Assembly (NCBI GenBank): GCA_036390255.1
Contig: DASWCE010000089.1
Coordinates: forward strand, 1,367 to 65,366
Source: Gemmatimonadales bacterium
GTDB lineage: Bacteria; Gemmatimonadota; Gemmatimonadetes; Gemmatimonadales; GWC2-71-9
Reading direction: 5' to 3'
DNA: 64,000 nt
Made by a program: the position numbers and the translations under genes. The first letter of the stretch is position 1; every line of letters starts with the position of its first letter. This document shows positions 20,102 through 29,731 of this stretch, piece after piece. Below the pieces are notes generated by a model. That model was given only the letters and a program-made list of their open reading frames with translations. It did not search any database and was not told the origin of the DNA.

Positions 20102-20946
20102 GGCGGCCGGTCGCGGTCGCGGTCCTGGTGTTGGCTGTGGGGCCGCCCGGCCGCCTGGCCGGCCAGACGGACACGCGTCTCGTGGAAGCGCTGCGACTCG
20201 CCCAGTCGGGCCAGGTCGATTCCGGCCGCGCCATCGTGCGGCGGCTGCTCGCGACACTTCCGCCGAGCGACTCCTCCTATCCGCAGGCGTTGCTGGCGGC
20301 TGCGAAGATCGCGCCCGATGCGCCGACCGTTTCCTCGAATCTGAACCGCATCGTGGTCGAATACGGAGCGACTCCGTGGGCCGACGATGCGCTGTTGTTG
20401 CTCTCCCAGCTGTACTTCGCGCAACACGACCCGGCCCAGACGGTCCAAGCCGCTGAGCGATTGAATCGCGACTATCCCGATTCGCCATTCCGGCCGCGCG
20501 CGAGCTTCTACGCCGCGCGCGCCTATTTCGAGCTCAAGAACGAAACGCGCGGCTGCGAGCTCATCCGGCAAGCGCTCGATGGCGCCGGGGACGACGTCGA
20601 GTTCAAGAATCAGGTCAGCTTCTACGCGTCCCGCTGTGGTGCGCCAGCGACGCCGACGACCACCACAACGACGCCCACGTCGACCGATACGGGATCCAAG
20701 GCGACGTCCACGACCCTTCCCCGTGCGTACGCCGTCCAGGTGCTCGCGGTGAAGAGCACGGCACAGGTGGACGACATGCTCACCCGACTCAAGGTTCTGG
20801 GTTTCGACGCGCGCGTCGTGCGTGACTCGACCGGCTTCTTCAAGATCCGCGTCGGACATTACGCCACGCACGACGAGGCGGTGCGGACGCAGCGACGCCT
20901 CAAGCAGAAAGTCGGCGGGCAGCCATTCGTGGTAGATGAGCCATGA
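20098..20946 (+). CDS. SPOR-domain (peptidoglycan-binding) protein with TPR/YbgF-like N-terminal region
   Basis: C-terminal SPOR-like YAVQVLAVKSTAQVDDMLTRLKVLGFDARVVRDSTGFFKIRVGHYATHDEA. GTGA overlap with the holA stop at 20098-20101. Confidence 0.7.
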   Translation: MRRPVAVAVLVLAVGPPGRLAGQTDTRLVEALRLAQSGQVDSGRAIVRRLLATLPPSDSSYPQALLAAAKIAPDAPTVSSNLNRIVVEYGATPWADDALLLLSQLYFAQHDPAQTVQAAERLNRDYPDSPFRPRASFYAARAYFELKNETRGCELIRQALDGAGDDVEFKNQVSFYASRCGAPATPTTTTTTPTSTDTGSKATSTTLPRAYAVQVLAVKSTAQVDDMLTRLKVLGFDARVVRDSTGFFKIRVGHYATHDEAVRTQRRLKQKVGGQPFVVDEP

Positions 20947-23537
20947 CGGCGGTGACGCCACCGGAAACACCGCTCATGCAGCAATACCGTGAGATCAAGG
21001 CGCGCTATCCCCAGACTATCCTGTTTTTCCGGATGGGCGAGTTCTACGAAATGTTCGAAGACGATGCCAAGCTCGCCGCGCGCGAACTGGGGCTCACCCT
21101 CACCTCGCGCAACAACGGCGGCGCCGCCGAGGTCCCGCTTGCCGGTGTGCCTGTCAAGGCTGCGACGGAGTACCTGCGCCGGCTGATCGCGAAGGGACAC
21201 CGCGTCGCGATCGCCGAGCAGATCGAAGATCCCAAGCTCGCCAAAGGCGTGGTGCGTCGCGCCGTCGTCGAGACCGTCACGCCGGGCACAGTGCTCAGCG
21301 ACGACTGGCTGATCCGTAATCGGAACAACTACGTCGTCGCGGTGGACCCCCGGGGGGTCGCGGCGGGGCTGGCCACCCTCGACGTCACGACGGGCGAGCT
21401 GATCCTGGAAATTGCGCCGACGGCCGAGATCCAGCCCGCCCTCGCGCGATACGAGGCACGCGAGGTGGTGCTGCCCGCGGAGACAACGGTCGCTGCACCC
21501 GGGGCGACCGTCACGGCCCGCGAAGCGTGGGAATTCGATGCCGAACTGGCGCGCGAAGATCTGATGCGCACGTACGGGATTGCGTCCCTGGACGGACTGG
21601 GCATCGGGCCCGACGACCGACCCGCCCTCGGCGCGGCCGGTGCGCTGCTGCGCTACGCCCGCGAACTTAAACCCGGCGGTCTCCCGCACCTCGCGCATCC
21701 GACCATCGTCCGGCGCGGCGACGTGCTTCCGCTCGACGAGATGACGCGTCGTAATCTCGAGCTGGTCGAGCCGCTGCGAGCCGGAGCCGAGGGGGCGACG
21801 CTGCTCGAGGTGATCGACCGCACTCTGACACCGATGGCCGGCCGGCTGCTGCGCCGCTGGCTGCTGGCGCCCCTCGTGGATCCCGCCGCGATCAACGCCA
21901 GGCTGGACGCCGTGGCGGTGCTGGTCACCGACGGCCGGGGCCGCGAACGGCTGCGCGAAGCCCTGGACGGGGTGCGAGATCTCGAGCGCCTGGCCGGGCG
22001 AGCGGCGCTTGGTCGCGCTACCCCTCGCGAGATGGGGGCGCTGCGCGATTCGATCGTACGGTTGCCCGACGTGGCCGGTGCGCTGGGCGGACTGCACGGT
22101 CGCGAACAGTCCGAGCTGGTGGACAAGAGCGCGCACGAGTTCGATCTGCTCGCCGATCTCGGAGACGAGCTGAGTCGCGCTCTGGTCGAGCGGCCCCCGG
22201 CGCAGCTCGACGACGGGGACTCGATCAAGGCGGGATACGATCACGAGCTCGACGAGCTCAAGGCGGCGCGCGACGGCGGCAAACAGTACATCGCCGGCCT
22301 GCAATCGCGCGAGCGGGAGCGCACCGGCATCACGTCGCTCAAGGTGGGCTTCAACAAGGTCTTCGGCTACTACATCGAAGTCACGAACACCCATCGCGAG
22401 CGCATCCCATCGGATTACGAGCGGCGCCAGACGCTCACCGGTGCGGAGCGATACGTCACACCCGAGCTGAAAGAGTACGAGGCGAAGGTGCTGGGCGCGG
22501 AAGAGCGCATTGCGGCGCGAGAAGCGGCGGTGCTCGATCAGCTCCGGCGCCGGGTCGGCGACGCGATTGCGCGGGTGCAGGCCACCGCCGGACATCTGGC
22601 CCGGTGCGACGTCTGGGCGGCGCTGGCTGACGTCGCCGAGCGCGAGCGGTACGTCCGGCCGGAAGTCACGAACGATTTCACGCTGGCGCTCGAAGGCAGC
22701 CGCCATCCGGTGGTCGAGCGCATGATGGCGCGGGAAGCGTTCATCCCCAACGACGTGACGCTGGATGAAGCCGGGCGGGTCGTGCTCCTCACCGGTCCCA
22801 ACATGGCCGGCAAGTCAACCTTGCTCCGCCAGGTCGGCCTCTGCGTCGTGCTCGCGCAGATCGGCTCGTTCGTCCCGTGCAAACGCGCGCGCATCGGCGT
22901 CGTCGACCGGCTGTTCACGCGCGTCGGCGCGTCAGACAACCTGGTCCGCGGCCAGTCGACGTTCATGGTCGAGATGAGTGAGACCAGCGCGATCCTACAT
23001 GGGGCGACGACGCGCAGTCTCGTCCTGCTCGATGAGATCGGGCGGGGGACCTCGACGTACGACGGCGTGGCGATCGCGTGGGCAGTTACGGAGTGCCTGC
23101 ATAACACGATCGGCTGCAAGACGATCTTCGCGACACATTACCACGAGCTGACGCAGCTCACCGAAGAGCTCGAGCACGTGCGCAACTTCAACGTGGTGGT
23201 GCGCGAAGTCGGAGAAGCGATCGTCTTCCTCCACCGGCTGGAGCCGGGCGGCGCGGACCGCTCGTATGGCATTCACGTGGGCCGCCTGGCCGGTCTGCCC
23301 GATCCCGTCGTAACCCGCGCGTGGCAGGTGCTCAAGCTGCTCGAAGCGGGACATCACGTCGCGCAGCAGCGTGCGCCCGCGACGCCCGACGCGACGCAGC
23401 TGGGATTGTTCGCCCCGCCGATTCCAGACCCGCTGCTGCTGGAACTGGACGGCCTCGACGTCAACTCGTTATCGCCGCTGGAAGCGCTGAATCGCCTGGC
23501 GGCATGGCAGAAGCGTCGGAAAGACGGAGGCTCCTAA
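20943..23537 (+). CDS. mutS: DNA mismatch repair protein MutS
   Basis: 864 aa. N-terminal TPLMQQYREIKARYPQTILFFRMGEFYEMF, Walker A LLTGPNMAGKSTLLRQ, STFMVEMSETS, TSTYDG. ATGA overlap with the upstream stop. Confidence 0.97.
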   Translation: MTAVTPPETPLMQQYREIKARYPQTILFFRMGEFYEMFEDDAKLAARELGLTLTSRNNGGAAEVPLAGVPVKAATEYLRRLIAKGHRVAIAEQIEDPKLAKGVVRRAVVETVTPGTVLSDDWLIRNRNNYVVAVDPRGVAAGLATLDVTTGELILEIAPTAEIQPALARYEAREVVLPAETTVAAPGATVTAREAWEFDAELAREDLMRTYGIASLDGLGIGPDDRPALGAAGALLRYARELKPGGLPHLAHPTIVRRGDVLPLDEMTRRNLELVEPLRAGAEGATLLEVIDRTLTPMAGRLLRRWLLAPLVDPAAINARLDAVAVLVTDGRGRERLREALDGVRDLERLAGRAALGRATPREMGALRDSIVRLPDVAGALGGLHGREQSELVDKSAHEFDLLADLGDELSRALVERPPAQLDDGDSIKAGYDHELDELKAARDGGKQYIAGLQSRERERTGITSLKVGFNKVFGYYIEVTNTHRERIPSDYERRQTLTGAERYVTPELKEYEAKVLGAEERIAAREAAVLDQLRRRVGDAIARVQATAGHLARCDVWAALADVAERERYVRPEVTNDFTLALEGSRHPVVERMMAREAFIPNDVTLDEAGRVVLLTGPNMAGKSTLLRQVGLCVVLAQIGSFVPCKRARIGVVDRLFTRVGASDNLVRGQSTFMVEMSETSAILHGATTRSLVLLDEIGRGTSTYDGVAIAWAVTECLHNTIGCKTIFATHYHELTQLTEELEHVRNFNVVVREVGEAIVFLHRLEPGGADRSYGIHVGRLAGLPDPVVTRAWQVLKLLEAGHHVAQQRAPATPDATQLGLFAPPIPDPLLLELDGLDVNSLSPLEALNRLAAWQKRRKDGGS

Positions 23538-24146
23538 GTGCGCGTCATCGCGGTCATCGCGCTCGTCATCGCGGGGTGCCGTGGGTCGTCACGGCAATCC
23601 GAGGCGCAGGGTGCAGCGCCCCCGCCTGAATCCGAGGCGCCGGTCGCGCTGAACCCTGATGTGCCGATCGCCTATCCGCCGGCTCAGTTCGAGCGGAAGG
23701 TCGAAGGAGACGTGACGCTGCGGCTGTATGTCGATTCGACCGGCAAGCTCATTCCCGAATCCACGCGTGTCGCCGAGCCCAGCGGCTATCCCGCCCTCGA
23801 CTCGGCGGCGCTCGCCGGCGCGCCAGCCCTCAGGTTTGCGCCGGCCAAGCGCCACGGCGTCCCGGTCGCAACGGAGTTCCTGCAGCCGGTCGAATTTCGC
23901 CAGGTGGGGACGACGCGGACCGGAACGGTCACGCTCCCACCAGGTCCCGCGGCCACTCCGGTCCCACCACCGGCGGGCGCGCCGCCACCAGCTCGTCCGA
24001 GACTGCGTCCGCCGGTCGTGCGTCCTCCCGACACGACGCGTACCGACACGACGAGAGTGCGTGCGGATACGACGAGAGTGCGCGCGGACACGACGCACCC
24101 CGACACCAGTAAGGCGCGGCCGGATACGAGTGCCTCAACACACTAA
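23538..24146 (+). CDS. TonB-C-terminal-domain lipoprotein with Pro-rich and DTTRVRA-repeat tail
   Basis: Lipobox-like LVIAGC. TonB_C-like YPPAQFERKVEGDVTLRLYVDSTGKL..PALDSAAL..RFAPAKRHGVPV. Pro-rich PPGPAATPVPPPAGAPPPARP, then a repeat tail. Confidence 0.7.
   Translation: MRVIAVIALVIAGCRGSSRQSEAQGAAPPPESEAPVALNPDVPIAYPPAQFERKVEGDVTLRLYVDSTGKLIPESTRVAEPSGYPALDSAALAGAPALRFAPAKRHGVPVATEFLQPVEFRQVGTTRTGTVTLPPGPAATPVPPPAGAPPPARPRLRPPVVRPPDTTRTDTTRVRADTTRVRADTTHPDTSKARPDTSASTH
24045..24086 (+). repeat. 21-bp tandem repeat (2 near-identical units, degenerate copies at 24030 and 24087)
   Basis: gacacgacgagagtgcgtgcg / gatacgacgagagtgcgcgcg (19/21 identical) encode DTTRVRA twice. GACACGACG seeds recur at 24030 and 24087. 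Confidence 0.8.
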
Positions 24147-25515
24147 GCCATACCGGAACGTCCTCGAGACGATCGGCTGGACCCCGCTCATCCGGATCAA
24201 CAAGGTCACGCGGGGAATTCGCACGCCGGTCTACGCGAAGGCGGAGTTCTTCAATCCCGGCGGGTCGGTGAAGGATCGCATCGGTCTGGCGATGATCGAG
24301 GCGGCGGAGCGGGCGGGGAAGCTCAAGCCGGGCGGGTTGATCGTCGAAGCGACGTCGGGCAACACCGGCGTGGGCCTGGCGATCGCGGCGGCGGTCAAAG
24401 GGTATCGCTGCATCTTCACGATGCCGGACAAGATGTCCCAGGAAAAGGCGCGCCTGCTGCGTGCCCTCGGCGCCGAGGTCATCATTACCCCCACCGCCGT
24501 GCCGCCGGATCATCCCGACAACTACATCATGAAAGGCCGCGCCATCGCGGCAGCGCATGAGAACGCGATCTTCGCCGACCAGCACTACAACCCCGTGAAC
24601 CCCGACGTGCACTACCACACGACGGGACCGGAGATCTGGGAGCAGACCGACGGGAAGGTGACGCATTTCGTGTGCGCGCCGGGAACGGGTGGCACGGTGA
24701 GCGGCGCCGGCAAATATCTGAAAGAGAAAAATCCGCAGATTCGCGTCGTCGCCGGCGATCCCGCCGGATCGATCTACACGGAGTACGCCAAGACGCACAA
24801 CAAGGGCGAAGGTCAGCCCTACAAAGTCGAGGGCATCGGCGGCGACAAGATTCCCACGTCGCTGCACTGGGATGTCATCGACGAGTGGGTGGTGGTCAGC
24901 GACAAGGACGCGATGCAGATGGCGCGGCTCCTATCGAAAGAGGAAGGTCTCCTCGTCGGTGGGTCGACCGGCGTCAACGTCGTCGCGGCCTTAGACGTCG
25001 CGCGCCGGACCGACGATCCCAAGGCGCTCATCGTGACCGTGCTGGCCGATACGGGCGAGCGCTACCTCAGTAAGGTCTACAATGAGGAGTGGCTGCGCGA
25101 AAACCAGCTCATCGACGACGCGCGCCCGACCGTCGCGAGGCTCGTCGCCGCCAAGACCGGCGATGCCCCGCCACTCATCCACGTCGCCCCGGAGGCATCG
25201 GTGCGACAGGCGCTGAACCTCATGACCACCTACAACGTGTCGCAGCTCCCCGTGCTGGAAGACAATGACGGCGTCGGCGCGGTCTCGGAGCAGGCGTTGA
25301 TGGCCCGCGCGATCGGCCAGCCGAAGATCCTGGACAGCCCCGTCCGCGATGTGATGGACCCGCCATTCCCGGTTGTGGACGGAGAAGCCCCAGTCTCCCT
25401 GCTCACGACCTTGCTGTCGCGGACGACGCCCGCGGCGCTGGTCCGGCGCAACGGCAAGGTCGTCGGCATCGTGACGCGCTACGACCTGCTGCACCAGCTG
25501 GCGGGCATTCGTTGA
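24130..25515 (+). CDS. Cystathionine beta-synthase-like PLP enzyme with C-terminal CBS-domain pair
   Basis: FFNPGGSVKDRIG (PLP Lys), EATSGNTGVGLA, C-terminal CBS pair. Start proposed at GTG 24130, a 17-nt overlap with the upstream gene. The ORF track's start at 23728 would overlap the whole TonB-like gene. Confidence 0.85.
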   Translation: MPQHTKPYRNVLETIGWTPLIRINKVTRGIRTPVYAKAEFFNPGGSVKDRIGLAMIEAAERAGKLKPGGLIVEATSGNTGVGLAIAAAVKGYRCIFTMPDKMSQEKARLLRALGAEVIITPTAVPPDHPDNYIMKGRAIAAAHENAIFADQHYNPVNPDVHYHTTGPEIWEQTDGKVTHFVCAPGTGGTVSGAGKYLKEKNPQIRVVAGDPAGSIYTEYAKTHNKGEGQPYKVEGIGGDKIPTSLHWDVIDEWVVVSDKDAMQMARLLSKEEGLLVGGSTGVNVVAALDVARRTDDPKALIVTVLADTGERYLSKVYNEEWLRENQLIDDARPTVARLVAAKTGDAPPLIHVAPEASVRQALNLMTTYNVSQLPVLEDNDGVGAVSEQALMARAIGQPKILDSPVRDVMDPPFPVVDGEAPVSLLTTLLSRTTPAALVRRNGKVVGIVTRYDLLHQLAGIR

Positions 25516-26534
25516 TGCGGGTCACCGTCCTGACGGGCGGTGGGACGCCCGAGCGCGCCGTGGCGTTCGCGAGTGCCTCCCAGATCGTGGCAGCCCTCCG
25601 CAGTCGCAAGCACGAAGTCCGCGTCGTCGATCTTGCCGGCAGCGTGCTCGACGAGCGGGCCGAGCGTGAGCTCCTGGGCGGTGAGGTTGGCGCCGCGCCA
25701 CCCGATGTCGCGCAGCTCGCCGAACGCCAGCAGCGCATGCTCTCAGAGGGCCTTGCCGAGCTGCTAGCAGCGCGTGAGACAGACGTGTTGTGGCTCGCCG
25801 TACACGGGGGGGCGCTGGAGGGTGGGACGCTGCAGGCGGTGCTCGATGTGATCGGGATCCCCTATACCGGCAGCGGACCGCTCGCCAGCGCGCTGGCCAT
25901 GGATAAGGACCTCTCCAAGCGCTTGTTCCGTTCGATGGGAGTGCCGGTCCCGGCGTGGTTCATGGCTCCAGTCGCCGCCGAGGATGTGAGCACGGCCCTA
26001 GGATGGCCGGTCATCGTGAAGCCGTCCAAACAAGGCTCTTCCGTCGGATTGACTCTGGTCAAGAAGGCCGAGGACTTGGACAATGCGGTCAAGCTTGCGG
26101 AACGCTATGACGATGAGGTCATGGCGGAGCAGTTCATTGCGGGGCGTGAGCTGACCGTCGGAGTCCTCGGGGACGTGCCCCTGCCCGTGGGCGAGATCGT
26201 CCCCAAGCACGAGCTGTTCGACTATGTGACGAAATACACACCCGGAATGTCGGAAGAGACCTTCCCCGCGAGGATCGATACACTGCTAGCCCGACAATTG
26301 CAGGAGTATGCGTCGATGGCGCACCGCGCCTTGAAGCTCAGCGGCTACTCGCGGATCGACTTCCGGGTAAGCCCCGAGGGAGACATCTTCTGCTTGGAAG
26401 CGAACTCCCTGCCGGGAATGACCCGCACCAGTCTGTTCCCTCAGGCCGCGCAGGCGTCGGGCATCCCCTTCCCGGAGCTATGTGAACGGATCGCGAGCCT
26501 GGCCCGGAACAACAGGACCGGAAAAGGGGGATAA
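25515..26534 (+). CDS. ddl: D-alanine--D-alanine ligase
   Basis: MRVTVLTGGGTPEREV-type N-terminus and ATP-grasp motifs VIVKPSKQGSSVGL and EANSLPGMT. The ATG overlaps the upstream TGA (TGATG at 25513-25517). Confidence 0.93.
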   Translation: MRVTVLTGGGTPERAVAFASASQIVAALRSRKHEVRVVDLAGSVLDERAERELLGGEVGAAPPDVAQLAERQQRMLSEGLAELLAARETDVLWLAVHGGALEGGTLQAVLDVIGIPYTGSGPLASALAMDKDLSKRLFRSMGVPVPAWFMAPVAAEDVSTALGWPVIVKPSKQGSSVGLTLVKKAEDLDNAVKLAERYDDEVMAEQFIAGRELTVGVLGDVPLPVGEIVPKHELFDYVTKYTPGMSEETFPARIDTLLARQLQEYASMAHRALKLSGYSRIDFRVSPEGDIFCLEANSLPGMTRTSLFPQAAQASGIPFPELCERIASLARNNRTGKGG

Positions 26535-26569
26535 AAACTAGAAGCCTCCAACGACACGTAGGAGCATAG

Positions 26570-27436
26570 ATGGGCCCGCAGCGGATGTACGGTTTGACTC
26601 CCTGGGTACGACGACTCCTCGTCGCCAACCTGCTCGTTTTCCTTATTCAGAGCACGTTGTTGACCTCGCCGAGCTTTGTCGGCGCGTTCGGGTTCTCGCC
26701 CGCGCATGCCTGGCAATATCCGTGGACGTTCATCACGTACATGTTCCTGCACGCGGGCATTCCGCACATCCTGTTCAACATGCTCATGCTGTTCGTCTTC
26801 GGCTCGTCGGTCGAAGACCGCATGGGTGGTCGCATGTTCGTCCTCTTCTATCTCCTCTGCGGGATCGGTGGCGCGGCGTCGTCCTTCATCTTGCGGCAGC
26901 TGGTACCCGTCTCCCAGATCATCGGCGCGTCGGGTGCCGTGCTGGGCGTTGCGGTCGCCTTCGCCTGGTATTGGCCGGACCATCCGGTGTTCGTCTTTCC
27001 GCTGCCGGACCCGGTGCCAGCCAAATGGCTCGTCACGTTTCTCGTCGCGTTGGATCTCGTGCTGGCGCTGATCGGCGCGAGCGACGGTATCGCGCACCTC
27101 GCGCATTTGGGCGGCGTGGGAACCGCGCTGCTCTATCTCAAGGGTCAGGATTGGTGGCTGACGCGCGACGCGCGGCGCGGGCGGGGGGGGCCGCTATCGG
27201 AGTCGAGCGTGTTGGTGTCGCAACCGCCGCGTATCAGCCGGGGCGGCAGTCTCCCTCCATCCGCGCGGCGGGGGAAGTCCCGGGGGGGGAACGAGCCCGA
27301 CGCGCGCGCGAACGCCGAGATCGATCGCGTGCTCGACAAGATCATCGCGAGCGGCGTGGAAAGTCTCACGCCCGCCGAACGGAAATTTCTCACCGAAATC
27401 AGCCGCCGGTTGCGCACGCCGCCGCCGAAGTCCTAG
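26570..27436 (+). CDS. Rhomboid-family intramembrane serine protease with basic C-terminal tail
   Basis: Multi-TM. Catalytic GASGAVLG and AHLAHLGG motifs. Arg/Gly-rich tail ending EIDRVLDKIIASGVESLTPAERKFL. Confidence 0.85.
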   Translation: MGPQRMYGLTPWVRRLLVANLLVFLIQSTLLTSPSFVGAFGFSPAHAWQYPWTFITYMFLHAGIPHILFNMLMLFVFGSSVEDRMGGRMFVLFYLLCGIGGAASSFILRQLVPVSQIIGASGAVLGVAVAFAWYWPDHPVFVFPLPDPVPAKWLVTFLVALDLVLALIGASDGIAHLAHLGGVGTALLYLKGQDWWLTRDARRGRGGPLSESSVLVSQPPRISRGGSLPPSARRGKSRGGNEPDARANAEIDRVLDKIIASGVESLTPAERKFLTEISRRLRTPPPKS

Positions 27437-27520
27437 GACGCGAGTTGTCAAGTCGGGCGCAGTGACGCCGCGCTTGTCCCGGAGCGGCGCGGTTCCCAAA
27501 TTGGGTCCGGCAACCGCGCA

Positions 27521-28471
27521 ATGCTCGTCAATCTCGTTCCGGAATTCCTCGCGACGCTTTCCGCGCCAGATCGTTCCGCGGCATACCACGAGTACCTCGA
27601 TCGCCATCGCCCGGTGTTGGGTGCCTACTGGCAGAACTACGTGCTCGATCCCGCGTCACCGCACGCGGAGCCGATCATCGCGACGGCGCTGCGCGCCGAC
27701 CGCTCCGACCTCCTGCGCATGCTCGAAGACGTGGACGTCGTCGCCATTGCCGAGGACGCGTTGCGCCGGTCCATGGAGCTGCTCGAGGGTGACTGCCCCG
27801 TGGATCTCTACCTCATGGTGGGCGTCGGCGCCGCGAACGCGGGGGAGCTGGTCGTCGGCGGGCGCGGGATTGCGTTCGTCTGCATGGAGCATTTCACCGG
27901 GCGCGCCAACGCGCAGACGTACGGCATGGGCCTCGCGCCCGCGCTGTTGCCGCTGTGGATCGCGCACGAGGTCGCACACGCGCTGCGCTACACCTCGACG
28001 TCCAGCCGCGCGGCGCTGCGGCGTCTGATCGGCGACCTGGGCGGCTATTACGACGCCTGGGAGCTGGGCTCGCGTGCGACCCTGCGCGAGCTGGTGGTCA
28101 ATGAGGGCGCCGCGATTGCGGCCGCGCAGACCGTCGCACCGGGTTTCGAGCCGTGGGAGTACTTCGGCTACAACCGGCGGCAGTATCGCCGGCTGCGCGA
28201 GCTGGACGCCTTTCTGCGACGTGCCTCCGCGAACGACCTCGACGCGACGGGCCTGGGTCTGCGATTGCGATATCTGTCCGGCGGGATGAGTCCGGCGGCG
28301 CGGTTGCTCGCCGGCAAGGTGTTGCCGGAGCGCTCCGGCTATTACCTCGGCTTCCGGCTGGTCGAGAACTACCTGGCCGAGCACGGCGCGGCATCCACGG
28401 TGCGGGCGGCAGTCGAAGAGCTGCGCCAGGCGGACGATCGCGCCATAGGAGGAGGGGTCCAGACGGCGTGA
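27521..28471 (+). CDS. Hypothetical protein with HExxH motif (DUF2268-like putative Zn protease)
   Basis: 316-aa ORF. WIAHEVAHALRY contains HEVAH. The family call is tentative. Confidence 0.55.
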   Translation: MLVNLVPEFLATLSAPDRSAAYHEYLDRHRPVLGAYWQNYVLDPASPHAEPIIATALRADRSDLLRMLEDVDVVAIAEDALRRSMELLEGDCPVDLYLMVGVGAANAGELVVGGRGIAFVCMEHFTGRANAQTYGMGLAPALLPLWIAHEVAHALRYTSTSSRAALRRLIGDLGGYYDAWELGSRATLRELVVNEGAAIAAAQTVAPGFEPWEYFGYNRRQYRRLRELDAFLRRASANDLDATGLGLRLRYLSGGMSPAARLLAGKVLPERSGYYLGFRLVENYLAEHGAASTVRAAVEELRQADDRAIGGGVQTA

Positions 28472-28725
28472 CTACGCGCGGCAAGCGGTCCGCGTCCGGA
28501 TCCCGTCCGACGGCGCCGGTGTCGACGTCCCCCCCACTGACCGACCGACGGCGCAATCGGCCGCTGCGTGAGGTACTGGACGATCTGCTCGCCCATACAC
28601 GCGACATCGCCCGGCGCGCCAAGACCATGACACCGGCAGAGGTCGATTACGCGCAGCAGCGGCTGGAGTGGCTCGCGGACGAGGTCTGGCGGTTGTCGAC
28701 CGGCGAGGCTCCGCCCCCCGAGTAG
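28468..28725 (+). CDS. Small hypothetical protein
   Basis: GTG 28468 overlaps the upstream TGA (GTGA). 85 aa, Arg-rich N-terminus and helical C-terminus. No recognisable motif. Confidence 0.35.
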   Translation: MTTRGKRSASGSRPTAPVSTSPPLTDRRRNRPLREVLDDLLAHTRDIARRAKTMTPAEVDYAQQRLEWLADEVWRLSTGEAPPPE

Positions 28726-28737
28726 ATTACCCGGCGT

Positions 28738-29232
28738 ATGGGCACGCGCGGCGAATTCAAGGTAACCATCACCAAAGAGGACCTCGTCTTTGCGGCGGCG
28801 CATTTCATCACGTTCGCGGGCCACCGCTGCGAGAAACTCCACGGGCACAACTACCGCGCCAGCCTCGTGATCGAGGGCGGGCTCGAGGAAGACAGCTGGT
28901 TCGTCGTGGATTTCTCCGCGGTGAAGAAGGTGATGCGTGGCCTCACCGCCGAGCTGGATCACCGCGTGCTCCTCCCGCGCGACAATCCATTGCTCCGGAT
29001 CTCCGAGGAGAACGGCAGCGTGTGCGTCGCGTTTGGCGGGCAGCCTCGCTACGTGTTCCCAACGGGAGATTGTGTGATTCTACCGATCGCGAATACGACC
29101 GTGGAGATGCTCGCCCAGTATCTCGCGGGTCGAGTCCGCGCCGAGCTCGGCGCGTCCCATCTCAAGACCATCGAGGTCGAAGTGGAGGAGAACTTTGGCC
29201 AGTCAGCGAGTTACCGTGAAACCCTCGACTAA
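28738..29232 (+). CDS. queD: 6-carboxytetrahydropterin synthase / 6-pyruvoyl-tetrahydropterin synthase family
   Basis: FAAAHFITFAGHRCEKLHGHNYR (Cys and His-x-His Zn/catalytic motif), 164 aa. Confidence 0.85.
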   Translation: MGTRGEFKVTITKEDLVFAAAHFITFAGHRCEKLHGHNYRASLVIEGGLEEDSWFVVDFSAVKKVMRGLTAELDHRVLLPRDNPLLRISEENGSVCVAFGGQPRYVFPTGDCVILPIANTTVEMLAQYLAGRVRAELGASHLKTIEVEVEENFGQSASYRETLD

Positions 29233-29566
29233 GCTTTCGCCCGCCGAGATTACCGAACGCCTGAAGAGCTTACGAGGCTGGCGCCTCGAGGACGGCGCGA
29301 TCGTGCGCGAATATCAGACCGATGGCTGGCCGACGACGTTGATGCTGGTGAACGCGATCGGCTTTTTCGCCGAGGCCGCAGACCATCATCCGGATCTCGC
29401 CGTGAGCTGGGGCAAGGTCGGCGTGAAACTGTGGACGCATAGCGCGGGCGGCGTGACGGCCAGCGACGTGGAGCTGGCGCAGCTGATCGAGCAGACGGCG
29501 CTGTGGCGACCGCAACCAGGAAAGAGCGCACTGCGCGGCACGACCAAGAAATTCGTGGGATCGTGA
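29195..29566 (+). CDS. Pterin-4a-carbinolamine dehydratase
   Basis: LRGWRLEDG.. and AADHHPDLAVSWGKVGVKLWTHSAGGVT signature. The start may be GTG 29216 rather than TTG 29195. Either overlaps the queD 3' end. Confidence 0.85.
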   Translation: MASQRVTVKPSTKLSPAEITERLKSLRGWRLEDGAIVREYQTDGWPTTLMLVNAIGFFAEAADHHPDLAVSWGKVGVKLWTHSAGGVTASDVELAQLIEQTALWRPQPGKSALRGTTKKFVGS

Positions 29567-29731
29567 CGTTCGCGACTCCGCTCGTCCCCGCTCGCGATCC
29601 CTACGTGGCTGATCGCGACCGGCAGCGAGGCCAATGCAGCCACTCGCGGTGCACCGCGGTCCAACTTCGCACAGCACGAGTTCGCGAGTATCGGGAGACG
29701 CTGGCCAAGGCGCGCACGATGATCGAGGCGC

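Noticed and set aside
23728-24129. N-terminal 134-aa extension of the CBS-like ORF in the track. Similar upstream extensions occur at 16848-17072 (NUDIX), 55285-55467 (kinase), 55254-55331 (GWxTD), 56588-56716 (Slt), 37190-37420 (mtgA) and 47908-48036 / 51045-51254.
   Set aside because: The extensions overlap neighbouring well-supported genes or their antisense strand and are Arg/Pro-rich. They also precede internal starts that yield proper signal peptides, lipoboxes or canonical N-termini.
29592-29658. Hairpin TCGCGATC-N11-GATCGCGA (29592-29618) and 14-bp palindrome CGCGGTGCACCGCG (29645-29658) between the convergent pterin dehydratase and mnmE genes.
   Set aside because: The stems are short, there are no U tracts, and CG-rich palindromes of this size are common in GC-rich DNA. 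At most these are weak bidirectional terminators.
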